From Isurus oxyrinchus (taxonomy: Eukaryota), in the NCBI GenBank assembly GCA_026770705.1, contig JANJGN010000035.1, positions 2,604,001 through 2,668,000 of the forward strand: a stretch of DNA of 64,000 bases, written 5' to 3'. The position numbers were made by a program, and so were the translations under genes. A model generated the notes under the pieces. That model saw nothing but the letters and a program-made list of their open reading frames with translations, did no database searches and was not told the origin of the DNA. This document shows positions 25,100-37,399 of this stretch, piece after piece; the first letter of the stretch is position 1; each line of letters opens with the position of its first letter.

Positions 25100-25508
25100 A
25101 TGGCTGGTATCAAACAGCTCGCCCGTAAATCCACCGGCGACAAAGCACCCAGGAAGCAGCTGGCCACCAAGGCAGCCCGAAAATGTGCCCCCTCCACTGG
25201 CCAAGTGAAGAAACCTCATTGCTACAGCTGGAGCACAGTCGTGCTCCGAGAAATCCACCGATGCCAGAATTCCACAGAGTTGCTTATCCGTAAACTCTCC
25301 TTCAAGCGTCTGGTGAGGGAATTTGCCCATGGCTTCGAAAATGACCTGAGGATCAGAGAGCTGCAATTCGAGCTTGGCAGGAAGCCAGTGAAGCCTACTT
25401 GGTTGGCCTGTTTGAGGAGACCAACCTGGGTGGCATTCATTTCAAAAAAGTGACGGTAATGCCTGAAGACACACAGCTAGCATGACGGACTCAGGGGCGC
25501 GTGCTTAA
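25100..25508 (+). pseudogene. H3-3: Intronless histone H3.3-type pseudogene
   Basis: [27 protein letters not shown] (S31). After a frameshift near 25350 it reads [23 protein letters not shown] (H3.3 AAIG-like). Premature TGA near 25483; no stem-loop downstream. Confidence 0.92.
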
Positions 25509-27379
25509 GCTCTTTACTTCATTATATTTTCTCCAGACGATTTTGAAGTGACATTTAAACAATTTCTAAAACATTGTTGGACTGTAATCTTGGCTTTTTG
25601 TGGAGGCTGGGCCTTTATTTTATATCTTTGTTAGCATTGAGTATGATCGTGTCTTAATGTGGAAGTAGCAAAATTTTTTGCAAACATTTCTTCGAACTCT
25701 TGGCTCAGTTTGAAGAATAAAACATGTGTATCTTTAAAAAATAATAAAAGAAATTTGCCGACTTTGACATATACATGCACGTCTAAACGGATGCATGGAA
25801 GAAACAGTTGTGCAGAGTGATTTTTTTAAACCGTTTTCTGGCCAGTTATACACTGTACATTGCTTGGCATGATCCCAGGCCTAGTCAATAATATAGCTTT
25901 TCCCGTTCAAATGCGCTCAACTTCACTGTAGCCTTCTCTATGTTGCAGTTGGAGAAAATAAAGAACAAATCTTCCAACTTGGTCGCAAAATTTTCCGCAA
26001 CAAGTTCCCTCGGCCCTCCCATTTGAACTAGCCCGTCCCCCCTCACTCTCGATCCTTCTGCTCGGTCAGGCAGACAGTGGCTCCATCCTGGTCAGCAGCT
26101 TCGCGATGCAGAAAACCAGAGACAACTTTCGGGTCGCTGAGGCAGGACCTGCCGGGGGCGCAGAGTGCTCAGCTGCAATAAGGTCACTGATGTCCAGATG
26201 GCCGATAGGGAAATTAAAAATAGTGGACAAAGACTGATAAGACCCTGCCGAGGGAGTGAGATGGTCAGTGCTCAGAATTGCAGAAACGATCAGAAAATGC
26301 TGAAAATTAGTGGTGGGAAGCTAAAAGATCTGGGAACATTTTATGACAAGGATTGATGTGACTATAGCATTTTGTGTGATCTCTATTTGAATGCAGGTGT
26401 TGCTACACCATTTTTAACTGTGTGTAATTATTAAACTTCAAGCAGGTGGAAACACTCTGTCCTCTTTAAACTGAGTTGAATAAAACATCTCTCTATATTT
26501 GGGTATGGGACTGTGAAAGCTTGCAAACAAACAATGCTTGAATAAAAAACGAACAGCAGATGAAGAGACTGCCACAGTTGATATAAAAACATCAGGATCA
26601 TTTTTTACCTAAAAAAAACAGGGTACATGTTTCAAGCCAGTTCCTCCACACCGCCCACCCCCGCCCTCTCACCGCTCACCCCCACTAAAGACAACCCCAT
26701 GCTGGCCTTGCTTCCTTCCTCCAATTCTCTATCACCATGCCGCCCTAGCTCTCACTTCCCCGTCTCCATGCTGACCTGACTCCCCCCACCACCACCCCTC
26801 CGAAATATCTCAATAATTGTTTGCATTCGCCATCCCACCTCTTTCGGGATCCACATGGTTCCGTCTTCACCCACCGCTGACTTAAATCGTTTCGGCCTCT
26901 CCCGGCTCCAGACTGATGCTCCAATCTCTTGCATTCTCGGTCCCGCTCACTCCCCGATGCATATGGAACTCCTTCACTTACCAATCACAAGCAGAAAAGG
27001 GGCACCGATCGGCACAGAATGTGGAAATGCCCCCGGGAGCAGCAGGTACTGGGGTAATGGCCTCTGGACCACACAAAAGCTTTTAGTGTGTCCTCCTTTG
27101 TGTGGCTGGGAGGAGCAGAGGCCTCTCCTCTAATACTCACTGTCCCAGGTACAGGCTGCATTCCCACTTCCTCTCCCAGAACAAGAGGGGATTGGGCGAT
27201 GGTTGGAAAGCAAGGCTGGACACCAGGTGAAATGTTCATGTTCTAAAATCCTGAATATATTGTAGTTCATACTGCTATCGCTTTCAAACTTTACCTGGCG
27301 GGAATAACTCCACATTCACAACATTCTAACAGTGACAATTGAGACTTGAACACCTGGAAAAGTGGGTAAGAAAGTGAGT

Positions 27380-27600
27380 ATGACATAAATGTAAGTCAGA
27401 AAGTAAGTTGTGAAGGGGGCGTAATGGTATAGACAGGATATGTGATAGGACAAAGATCTGGCAAATGTGGTATAACATAGTAAAACGTGAGGTTACCCAT
27501 TTTGGCAGGATGAAAAAAAAGGCACATAATCCAAACGGTGAGAGATGGCAAAACCATGAGATGCAGAGTGATCTGGGTGTTCTAGTGCATGAATCAATTT
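27380..27600 (+). mobile_element. CR1 fragment
   Basis: WQMWYNIVKREVTHFGR...QSDLGVLVHES, CR1 ORF2-like. Confidence 0.7.
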
Positions 27601-28959
27601 GTTTATTACTGCTGCGAAACTCTCCAATGCCATTGAAATTCGAATGGTCCAGAATCCCAGGCCAGATCATTCTTCTCCTTGAGGTTAGAATGATTGCTAT
27701 TCGAAAGGCCTCATTCTCTAAAAAGGCCTCAGTTTCGAATTAAACCTTTATTTTTATTGCTGCACCAGTCGCGCTGTCTCGACAATTCGCTGACATGTCT
27801 TTTACTTTTCTACTGAAATCTTAAAATCAGCTCAATTTTTCCGTTGAATTCTCACTTCAAAGCTGAGTAAGGCATCAGGGTAATCTGTGACAAGGAAATC
27901 ATTTTGTTTTACGCAAGAGGGCCTCAGAAATCATGCGATGAGAGCGGACACAGAAACATGGGGGCATTATTCCTACCCGTCAGCCCCTTTCACACACACT
28001 CTCTGACACAATGTTGAGGTCTGCACAGTCACAGGACAAACTGTTCCCAGATTGGCAGATCCTGTGACAGGCTCCCCCCTCCGCAGGGCCTATTCTGTGG
28101 ATTCTCGGGGGTTAGTTGTAGTTTCCCAGCTCCGCTCAAAGTGCCTGTTCCCCTGATTCAGGGCTGAAACCAAACACAGCTCTGGTTGCATTAACACAGA
28201 CCTAATTCTATGTTATTAAATTGTTCACAGGCAGTAATATATTTGATTAAGATTAAAAAAAAAACAAATTGTATGCTGTGGCCCTCCCTTAAGCGTATTC
28301 CACTTTGTTTTACAGTACAATAGATAAAAGAGAGGGCAGAGTGATAGACAGAAGCAGGGTGAGTTCAGGCAGTGAAACACAGACGGTCAAAGTAACTGTT
28401 CCAGGAAACCTTGTAGAAAGCTTCAATTGGAGTTGTCGAAGATGCAGTTTCATCTGTCACGGATATTGTACCAAAGACAAAGACAGTATTAATCTCAAAC
28501 TCAGGGGCAGTGCCAGCGAGTGAACCACAGTCGTATATTTAACCCTCGCTTCCCTGCTGAAATCTCTGCGGTCTTGCAGATCAGTTGTCGCTGGGTATTG
28601 CTCTCAGTAACTTAGTGTTTAACTTTGATTAAATGAAACTGGGAGTTCCACTGTCAGATATTAACTATTGCACGATCCCAGAAAACTTACCAACTGCCTC
28701 AATCCTCCCATGTTTCTGCAGGATGACTTTGTGAATATGAGCTCGTGAACAACAAATCCCTGCAGGGAATGATCCCAAATTGAGCTTGTTAAAGGGACAA
28801 GCCCCCAATTTTATTTTTTCTGACATTTTCCATATCTCCAGTTCTGTTCTTCAGATATTTGTCAAAGTGATTTGCAAACAATGTTGATTTTAGTTGCTGA
28901 TTTAATGCGGAAAATGCCGCATGAGCTATTTAGTCCCAAACTGAACCTTGAATGCTCGT

Positions 28960-29150
28960 GAGTCAGAGACTGATAAATACAGAATCAATCCCACAGTCAT
29001 GGATAGTGCCAGAGATTGATATTGACAGAATCAATGTCACATGCATAGACAGTACCAGAGACTGATATTTACAGGATCAATTCCGAAATGACAGATAATA
29101 CCAGAGACTGTTGTTGATAGAATCAATCCGCACTCACATGAATAGTAACA
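28960..29150. repeat. Degenerate ~45-bp tandem repeat
   Basis: Repeated cagagactgata...acagaatcaatcc; same family as 36.6 and 40.3 kb. Confidence 0.65.
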
Positions 29151-29760
29151 CATTGCAGGGTTACGGGAAGTTTCAGTGGATGAATTGTTCCTTTAGAGGG
29201 CCAGCACAGATTGGACAGCCCGAATAGCCTCTTTCTGTGATGTAGCCATTCTAGGATTCTAATGGAAAATTCTGGAAGAACTGAGTAGCTCTGGCAGTTT
29301 CGAAGCTCCGACAGCGGGTCTATTCGTTAACCTTCTGTCAACCACACTTCCTGTATCCCCAGATGCTGCTGCACCTGCTGAGCGTTTGCAGCATCTTATC
29401 TTATTATTTCAGGTTCCCCGAGTGTGCAGTATTTCAGTTTTGGAATAATAAAACAATCCCTGTGCGGGAATCGATATTCAGAGAAGAAATTGGAAGCAGC
29501 AGAGTGAAAAGAGAATCGGTGAATTTTACCAAATATGAGTAATTCTATCCCGGCTCCACACGACAGCTCAGAGAAAACCTTCATTATGAGCAAAAATGAA
29601 CAAACCGGAGATATATGTTAAATGGAAGATAATTGGAGGTTGGAAATCATTTCCTTTGCATTAAAACCGACCGTGTTTTCAGAGAAAAATCTTACCAAAG
29701 CTAACTAAACTCAATGCCGAGCTTGGGATTTCAACTTGATAGGTTTAGAAACCAAGTAAC

Positions 29761-29832
29761 TGTGATGGTTGGGAATTGAACACGAGTTAACTACTTGTAA
29801 AGCAGCTACACTCACCACTATACCATCTGCAC
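29761..29832 (-). pseudogene. tRNA-Gly(TCC) pseudogene
   Basis: Reverse complement GTGCAGATGGTATAGTGGTGAGTGTAGCTGCTTTACAAGTAGTTAACTCGTGTTCAATTCCCAACCATCACA is colinear with tRNA-Gly-TCC. Anticodon now reads TAC and the acceptor stem is broken. Confidence 0.85.
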
Positions 29833-30094
29833 TTTGCACCCAAATGCAGCTATAGCAAAATGGCTCAAGACTCTTCACAAGAGCGTTATCATTATAAGTA
29901 AAATAAAGTCGATGCTGAGCCACAGAAGGAGATATTTGGTCAGATGACAAAAGCTTGCTGAAAGAGGTAGCTTTTAAATAACATCTTACAGAGCAGAGGG
30001 AGTTAGAGAAGTGGAGATGTTTAGGGAGGAGATACAGAATTTTAGAGCAGGTCAGCTGAAAGCATGTTTGTCAATGCTGTGGAGATGAAAATCC

Positions 30095-31000
30095 CATCAC
30101 CAGTTGCCCTTGACAAGGTGGTGGTGAGCTGCCTTGTTCATTCCACGTGGTATAGGTACACCCAGAGTGCTGTTAGAGGTGCGGTGGAGGGTTTTTTAAG
30201 GGTGTTGATCGAGGGAAAGTGAAAGAACGGCGAAATATTTCCAAGTCAAAATGTTGTGAGGGTTGGAGAGGTACTTCCAATTATCTGTGATCCTGTGCAT
30301 CTGCTACTCTTGTCCTCATAGATGGTGGCTGTTGTGGGTTTGGAATTTGCTGTCCAAGGAGACTTGGTGAGTTCTGGATGACGCACACTGCTGCTACTGT
30401 ACACTTGTGCTGGAAGGATGTGCCAGCCAAGTGGGTTATCTTGCCCTGGATGGTGCCAAGCCTCTGGAGGGTCGTCGCTGCACTCATCCAGCCCAGCGGA
30501 GAGTATTTCATCACAAACTTGACTTGTGTCATGTAGATGGTGGGCAGTCTTTGGGGAGTCATCAGGTGAGTTAATCGCCTCATGTTCCTTGCCCCTATCC
30601 TGCCCTTGCAGCCAATGCATTTGTATATCTGGCCCAGTACAGTGTCTGGGAAATGATACCCCAGATTTCCATAGTGAGAGATTCAGTAATGACAATGCCA
30701 TTGGACTCAATGAGCAATGGCTAGATTCTCTCTTGTTGGAGATGGTCATTTCCTAGCGCTTGTGTGGCACGAATGTAACTTGCCACTTGTCAACCCAAGC
30801 CTGGATATTGTCAAGGTTCTGATGCATTTGGACGTGGATTACTTAAGTATGTGAGGCTTCGCAAATGGTGCTTAACATTGTGCTATCTTCACTGAACATA
30901 CAAACTTCTGAACCTATGTTGGAAGGCAAGTCATTTGATGAAGTAGCTGAAGATGCTTAGGGAGAGGACACCACCCTAAGGATCTCTAGCATCATGTGGT
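30095..31000 (-). mobile_element. CR1-group LINE 3' fragment (same family as 4.9-6.05 kb)
   Basis: Minus ORF RRLTHLMTPQRLPTIYMTQVKFVMKYSPLGWMSAATTLQRLGTIQ. Confidence 0.8.
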
Positions 31001-31009
31001 CAGGGCTGA

Positions 31010-31625
31010 TAGACGTTGCACTGTCAGGGGATCAGTAATGGGGGAATGCTGCAATGTCCGAGGGTACCATTGACTGAGAACTGCACTGTCAGAGGTTTAG
31101 GCATGAGGGAGCACTGCTTTGTCAGAGGATCATGAATCCAGGAGTGCTGCACTGTCAGCAGGTCAGGACTGAGGGAGAGCTGTACTGCTGGAGGATCAGG
31201 GCTGAGGCTGTTGCACTATCAGAGTCTAATGAATGAAGGACTGCTGCGCAGTCAGGGGGTGAGGACTCAGGGAGCACTGCACTGCCAGTGGGTCAGTGCT
31301 GATCGAGCGCTGCACTGTCAAAGAGTCAGGACTGAATGAGTGCTGCACTGTCGGAGGGTTAGGCATGAGGGACCACTGCACTATCAGAGGGTCAGGAATA
31401 AGGGAGCGAAATGCTGTCAGATGGTCAAAATTGCGGGTGTGCTGCACTCTCATTGGATCAGAAATGAGGGAGCACTGCACTTTCAAAGCGTCAGGAAAAT
31501 GGAAGCGCCACACAGTTAGAGGGTCAGAAATGAGGGAGTGCTTCACTGTCAGACTTCTGAGAATGAGGGAGATATGCAGTCAGTGGGCCAGGATTGTGAG
31601 GACTGCACTGTCAGAGGGGAGCTGA
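31010..31625. repeat. 33-bp minisatellite, ~18 copies
   Basis: Consensus approximately GCACTGTCAGAGGGTCAGGACTGAGGGAGTGCT. Confidence 0.9.
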
Positions 31626-31756
31626 GCCCTGGACCAAGCTCTCAAACTAACCCTATTCCACTCTTTAATAATCCCACTCTGAACTGGAACACTGCTGGCA
31701 ATTATTTACACTTAAGAGGATTAGCCAGTGAACATTTCAGAAACTAAGTTCAGGCA

Positions 31757-31810
31757 CAGAGAGAGAGAGTGAGACAGAGAGAGAGAGAGGGAGCGAGAGA
31801 GATAGAGAGA
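31757..31810. repeat. (GA)n microsatellite
   Basis: Imperfect GA run seen directly. Confidence 0.9.
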
Positions 31811-31869
31811 AGGGCCTAAATAGAGCAACTGGAAGGAAGCTGAAAGCGTTGTTGAAGTGCAAGTAGACT

Positions 31870-33400
31870 ACGTCAAATGCTTTGCTCTCATCTACAGACC
31901 TCAATAGGAGGAATGCTCACGTAGAGTGAGCCACTGAAAGGAAATCATTACATGGTCAATTGATAGCCGAACTGTTCTGTGGAAGCGGATGAACAAGGAA
32001 CTAGACTTTGCTGTAAGGAATTTGCTACTCCTGGTGATAGAACCACGCCTCCCCCACAAATGCGGCAGAGCGTATTCTCGATTCGTCTTTTTGATGGAAA
32101 ATGTGCTTTCAAGGCTTGTTTTATTTCTTGAGGCATATTCAAACTGAAAATGGAAACAGGGGAAGGCAATTTCCCCTCTCAATTGCTAAGGAGTCAAACG
32201 CTGAATCTGAAATTCGTAATCCAAACCTTCTGTTCAGACCAAAACTTATTGCACCGATGTAAAGGGATGCAGAGCTATTCAGGTTCGCAAATGGAAGTTA
32301 ATGAGTCACGTGGTGGAACCAGGGCAAGCTGAAGGAGACAGAGGCCAAAACCATAAGCTGATAATAAGATGTTACAACTGTTTATTTACACACACATAGC
32401 GCAGAAGCCAAATGCAACATACATCGAGACAGCTTTTCCAATGGTGCAATCTAAACATATCCGAAGCAATAGGGGGACCGTTGATTGGTTAGAGGCTAGC
32501 ATCATTGTGGTCAAACCTCCCATTGAAGCCAATTGGTCCACTCATTATTTACAAGAATAATCCGAATGACAAAACTCTTAATGCCGAAGGAACAATTTAA
32601 GTTAAAAGACCAACAAGCTGTGAGGTGGTGCATCAATGACTACTGGCTCAAAACTGCCAGAACTTTGAGATATCCTTCCACACAGGGGTGTCGGGTTGGG
32701 GAGTGTGTGGAGGTAGTGTAGGGGTAGGTGGGGGATGGATTAAGGGATCAAAAAGGCAACAGATTGATCAACAAAACAAAAGTAACTCAAATGAAATCAA
32801 CGCCAGGGGAAGTCATCACTGTCTGCAATAAATAGCTGGACCAATGTTGGAACTACTCCTTGTGAGGTATGTTAGGGATAACAGTGTCACCTAGAAAGAT
32901 CTAGACACCAAAGAAAGCCTGCCTGTCTTCCTAGAGCTGTATGTCGAAGCCAAAGTGAAGGAGCTTAGCAAAGGTATTCACTCACTTGCCATTGGCAAAG
33001 CATCAGATTTTGATACTAGCCCGCCTGAACTCAACAAACACAGAAAATTGGCAGTCCTGCTGCAGCTGCTCGAAGTTCTCTGTCTCTGCTGGATGGAGGG
33101 TGCAGTGGACAAGGAAATGCACAATGCAAATATTGTGACGCACTGATTGCAGCAATGATCCAGGCATCGCCCTACTGAGCATCATGGGAAAGGTATTTGC
33201 CAATGTTGCCCTTGTCAGGCTGCTGATCTTGGTTGAACGCATCTATCCAGAACCTAAGTTTGATTTAATAATTGGAAGATCAACAAATGACATCACAATC
33301 TAAGCCCGGCAGCTGCAACCAAAATGCCGTTAACGAAGAAGACCACTATATCTTGCCTTCACTGATCTCACCAAAATATTCGACCACGTGAGCAAGGTAG
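31870..33400 (+). mobile_element. Degenerate RTE-clade LINE
   Basis: FAVRNLLLLVIEP (endonuclease region), LLEVLCLCWMEGAVDKEMHNANIVT, GIALLSIMGKVFA and YLAFTDLTKIFD are RTE/BovB-like motifs. Confidence 0.8.
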
Positions 33401-33989
33401 AGTATTTTGTTTGTTTACAATATCCATTACAATTCTCATTGGCCTTTGTACCATGAACCATTTGTGTCCTGCCCACCATCCTTACAGAGCAATGCCTTTG
33501 TAAATCGCAATTGTTACGATTGTGTCTTTCTTCAGTTTTGATGAACAGTAATCGGCTGAGCAGTTGGCTTTGATTATCTCATAATGTTCGTTGACATTAT
33601 GAGAAATTCCAGCATTTTCAGTCCATTTCAGATTTCCAGCATGCACCCTATTTTGTTTTATCTATGTGCCAGGATGGAGGAATCAGATTCAACATGGAAT
33701 TAAAGAGAACTGATGCACAGGGTGATGAGGAAAAGCCGAATTGTGGAACAAAACTGACAACCCTTTTGGCACAGGCTCGAGGGGCACAAATCCTTCTTCT
33801 GAACGGCAGGATTTTATGATTCCACGAATTTCATCTCCACATGAACTGGAGGATTGAGAAACGGCTGAAGATGTGAAGGTGATGGAACAATGATCTGGGG
33901 CAATTACCTGATGTTCTGTCCCAACCAGCTTATAGACACAACAAGGCATCATTTTTCGAGCTGTGGTGACTGAAATCTGGAAGATTTGT

Positions 33990-34370
33990 TGGGCTGCAAG
34001 AGGTGCCAGAGAAAGAGAGGGCAAGGTCAGGGATGGATATGAAAGTAAGGATGAGAATTTTAATGTTTAGGTATTGCCAAGGCAGGAGCCAGTGTAGGTC
34101 AGCAAACACCACTTGGTTGGTGAACTGGACTTGGTTCAGGTGAATTTCCGGGCAGTAGAATTTTGGATGATCACAGGCTTATGTCGGGTTGAACATGCGA
34201 GGCTGGCCAGGGGAACACTGGAATAGTCAAGTCTAAAGTAAGCAAAGGCGTGGATGAAAATTTCTGCAGCAGATGAGCTGAGGGAGGGTCGGAGTTGGAC
34301 AATGTTTAAGGTGTGGAAGAACAGTGTATTCATCTGATAACGTTCTGTCATCTTGTCCAATAGCATGTAG
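33990..34370 (-). mobile_element. L2-type LINE 3' fragment
   Basis: Minus ORF LRPSLSSSAAEIFIHAFAYFRLDYSSVPLA...IQNSTAR, typical of the L2 ORF2 C-terminus. Confidence 0.75.
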
Positions 34371-34621
34371 TTTAGTCAGGAATATTAGGGGTGAAATGAA
34401 TACAGTGTCACGCATTATTGTCTAACATATATTTGGAAAAAGACTCTTTCTAATGAAGTTCTGTTGAAGAGTCACATTCTGCTCAAAGCATGAACTCTTT
34501 TTTTCTTTCCACAGATACTGCCAGAAGAGTTGCAGCAATTTCTGGTCTTTCAGCAGAATAAGCAGTGTTTTTTTTTAAATTACATCTTTCCTTGTTATGG
34601 TTCTTTTAATTATAGCTAATC

Positions 34622-34696
34622 CTCCCCCTTTGGGGAATTGAACCTCCATCTTCGGTGTTATAGGCGGGGGGATACTAACCAATATACCGTCGAGGA
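34622..34696 (-). pseudogene. tRNA-Asp pseudogene
   Basis: Reverse complement TCCTCGACGGTATATTGGTTAGTATCCCCCCGCCTATAAC...GGTTCAATTCCCC; anticodon lost. Confidence 0.85.
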
Positions 34697-34947
34697 AGAT
34701 CTTGACGAAATGACTGGACTGATTGTGGGACAATTCAATTTCTACAATTCAAGAAATCTGTCAATTTGTGTATTAATAAACATCATAAGTTCCAGAAAAC
34801 AAAGTCAGTCCATTTAGAGAAAGGATCCTGCCATCCTTCTAGGGGTTATATCCTGATAGGATTGAGCTATCCCTTCATTCTCATATGGATTTCTAAATGC
34901 CTGACGTGAAATCTGGATTCATCGGTTCCGTTTGTTAGTTCAAACAT

Positions 34948-35019
34948 TCCTCGTTAATATAATGTTTAGTTTCCTTGTTTATTACGCGGGTCACCGGGGT
35001 TCAATTCCCTGATGGGCAA
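34948..35019 (+). pseudogene. tRNA-Asp pseudogene
   Basis: tcctcgttaatataatgtttagt...acgcgggtcaccggggttcaattccctga; B box intact, anticodon arm mutated. Confidence 0.85.
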
Positions 35020-36206
35020 CAACTTCAATCAAACTAAAAAGTAGAATAATTGGAAGTGGAGTATAGAGTTGGCAATTGTTTGATATGTAGCAGAGATTGA
35101 GTACAGATGAAGATTATGTCAGTAACAGCAGTTCTGTTTCCGAGATCCTAAGAGATAAGAGTCCCCTGGTGCCCTTCACTAGCAGGGAGGCGACGTTTCC
35201 ATCTGCTGGTGCAATTTTATACGGGAGCGACATTATGGTCCCAGTGACGTCAATGGACTTTTGGATGGATCGCCACATTTTACAGCTCTACACAGAAACT
35301 GGCTTTTTCACCTAAATTGGGCTGAATCGGAATTTCTGTAAAATCAGTGAATTAGTTGCTTGTATCCAGGACAGGTTGCTGAAACGAGACACTTCAAAAA
35401 CAAAGAGGATCTGGCCACATTCGATTTAGTAATGTGGAACAAGGCAAAATTAATTAATAATCTGAGAGTAAACATGCATTTAGTAAAGAGTGCCATTAAT
35501 ATGACAGAGTAGCTTGCACTGTAATCTCTTCCACCATATTGTTTTTCATTGTTTTATCTCCTCTTATTTCATTTTCTTTCTTTTAGTTTCGCAGCTATCC
35601 TGGAACCTGACGTTCATCCCCCTGCCCCCATCGTTTGTTTCTTTACTGAAGCCATCACCTCGCCCTCTGGCCTTGCACAACTTTTGTCATTTTTGTCATA
35701 TTTGTCATTTCATCTTTCCTGCCCTCCACCCATCATAGGCTTTCCCTTTTGTTCGTCTATCCATACTCCATCTGAGATACAAGGAACAATGCAGGCAGCC
35801 CTTTCTCATACACAGTAGATACATTATCACTCACAGAGACACTGAGACACAGACAGGTCATCAGTTCCACAGATTCAGAGAGCAGAAATGTTCAGTCCAA
35901 ACCTTATCCCAAGTTCCAGAGACATAATTTTAATATAACATTCAAACAGAGCAAGAGAGAAAGAGGTTTCCATTTTACTCCAACTCAGTCCCACTGACGG
36001 TTATATATGTAAATTACATTCCCCAAATCACATCTACGATAAGATTGAAATAAACTGCGTCAATCTGACAATAGTAAAACACATCAGCTAATTGAATAGC
36101 AGATCGGAAGATACAAATTTAATCTCGATTATGTCAGAATATCCAATTTAATGTTGCAAAGTTATTCACAATCCTGCTCGCAGTTATGTAGATTTACTAA
36201 TCGACA

Positions 36207-36417
36207 AGCAGAATACTGCGGATGCTGGACACCTGAAATAAAACCAGAAAACCTGGAAATACTCATCAGATCAGGCAGCATCTGTGCAGAGAGAAACAGG
36301 TTTAATGTTTCACGTCATGACCTTTCATCAGATGAAACGACCTAAAATATTATTTCTCTTTCTCCCTTCACAGATGCTTCCTGATCTGCTGATTGTTTCC
36401 AGCATTTTCTGTTTTTC
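36207..36417. mobile_element. Palindromic PLE-end element
   Basis: Inverted arms (ggaaatactcatcagatcaggcagcatctgtg / cacagatgcttcctgatctgctgattgtttcc) centred on a minus-strand CTGATGA...GAAA hammerhead remnant. Confidence 0.75.
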
Positions 36418-36624
36418 CTTCATGTAGATTTAGTAGATGATCAGACGTCACACACGCTGTCTGTTTAAAACGCACAGTCTCAGTGTTCAAGTTTATATGC
36501 AAGATGGAAAAACTGCTTGTACATTACAATATTAAAGATAACGCTGCAAACAGCATCTTGTAAAGGCAGACACAAATTAAATAAAGTTAAGGAACCGATC
36601 AAAAGTAGAAATAATACCAAGACC

Positions 36625-36880
36625 CAGGTACAGAATGAATCCAACACTTATACAGAGTACCAGAGATTCACAGATAAAGAATGAATCCAACATCCATACA
36701 TATTACCAGAGAATGACAGATGCAGAATGAATCCCATATTCATACACAGTACCAGCGACTGACAAATAAACACCTGCAATCAACCCTTACAGGCAGCAGA
36801 GAGTCTGGCAGCTGCAGAATGAATCCACCAGTCACAAAAACGCCAGAGTCAGAAAGAAACAGAGTGAATCTCCATAGCAG
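36625..36880. repeat. 44-46-bp tandem repeat
   Basis: aatgaatcc recurs at 36634, 36680 and 36726; unit approximately ACAGATACAGAATGAATCCAACACTCACACAGTACCAGAGACTG. Confidence 0.8.
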
Positions 36881-37399
36881 GAAGGGCACCACTCCCGCAC
36901 CTCCCAAACTCCAAACCACTATAAACTCCGAATGAATTGGAATTTTGCTGGTAAGCGTCCCGGACAATTTATTATTTTTAAGGTGCGGATACATCAGTAG
37001 CAAGTGTTAGTGAAGTGGGTGATGGGTATAACCAGGCACACTGGCTCACCACAAAAGCTGCTCCAGAGGGGGTTCTATGGGATCCACCCAAAACACAATC
37101 ACTGGTAGGAGAGATTCCAGTTAATCTTGATTTTTTTTTTAAATGTCAGGCCCCTGACCCAGATATGACTGTTGTCAAGTGGGCTGAACACCATAACAAA
37201 GAATTGCCCTCATCTCTTACAGCAAGTAAGGACTCACTCGTTATACATGATGAAGTTTTCCATAACAAGGATGGCTCTAATTTGACTTGAGTCATATTTC
37301 GATGTCTTAGAATAGAATTAATTTTGTTTATGGAACAAATTATGGTGGGTTTGTCTTTTTCAAGTCCTCGATATATTCCATAATGATTGTTGTTTTCCG

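Noticed and set aside
29761-29832. Anticodon-switched functional tRNA (Gly body, TAC anticodon)
   Set aside because: Acceptor and T stems are broken, so the anticodon change is just decay.
31010-31625. Repetitive ORFs 31226-31546 and 31296-31625 as repeat proteins
   Set aside because: They arise because the 33-bp unit is a multiple of three; there is no gene structure.
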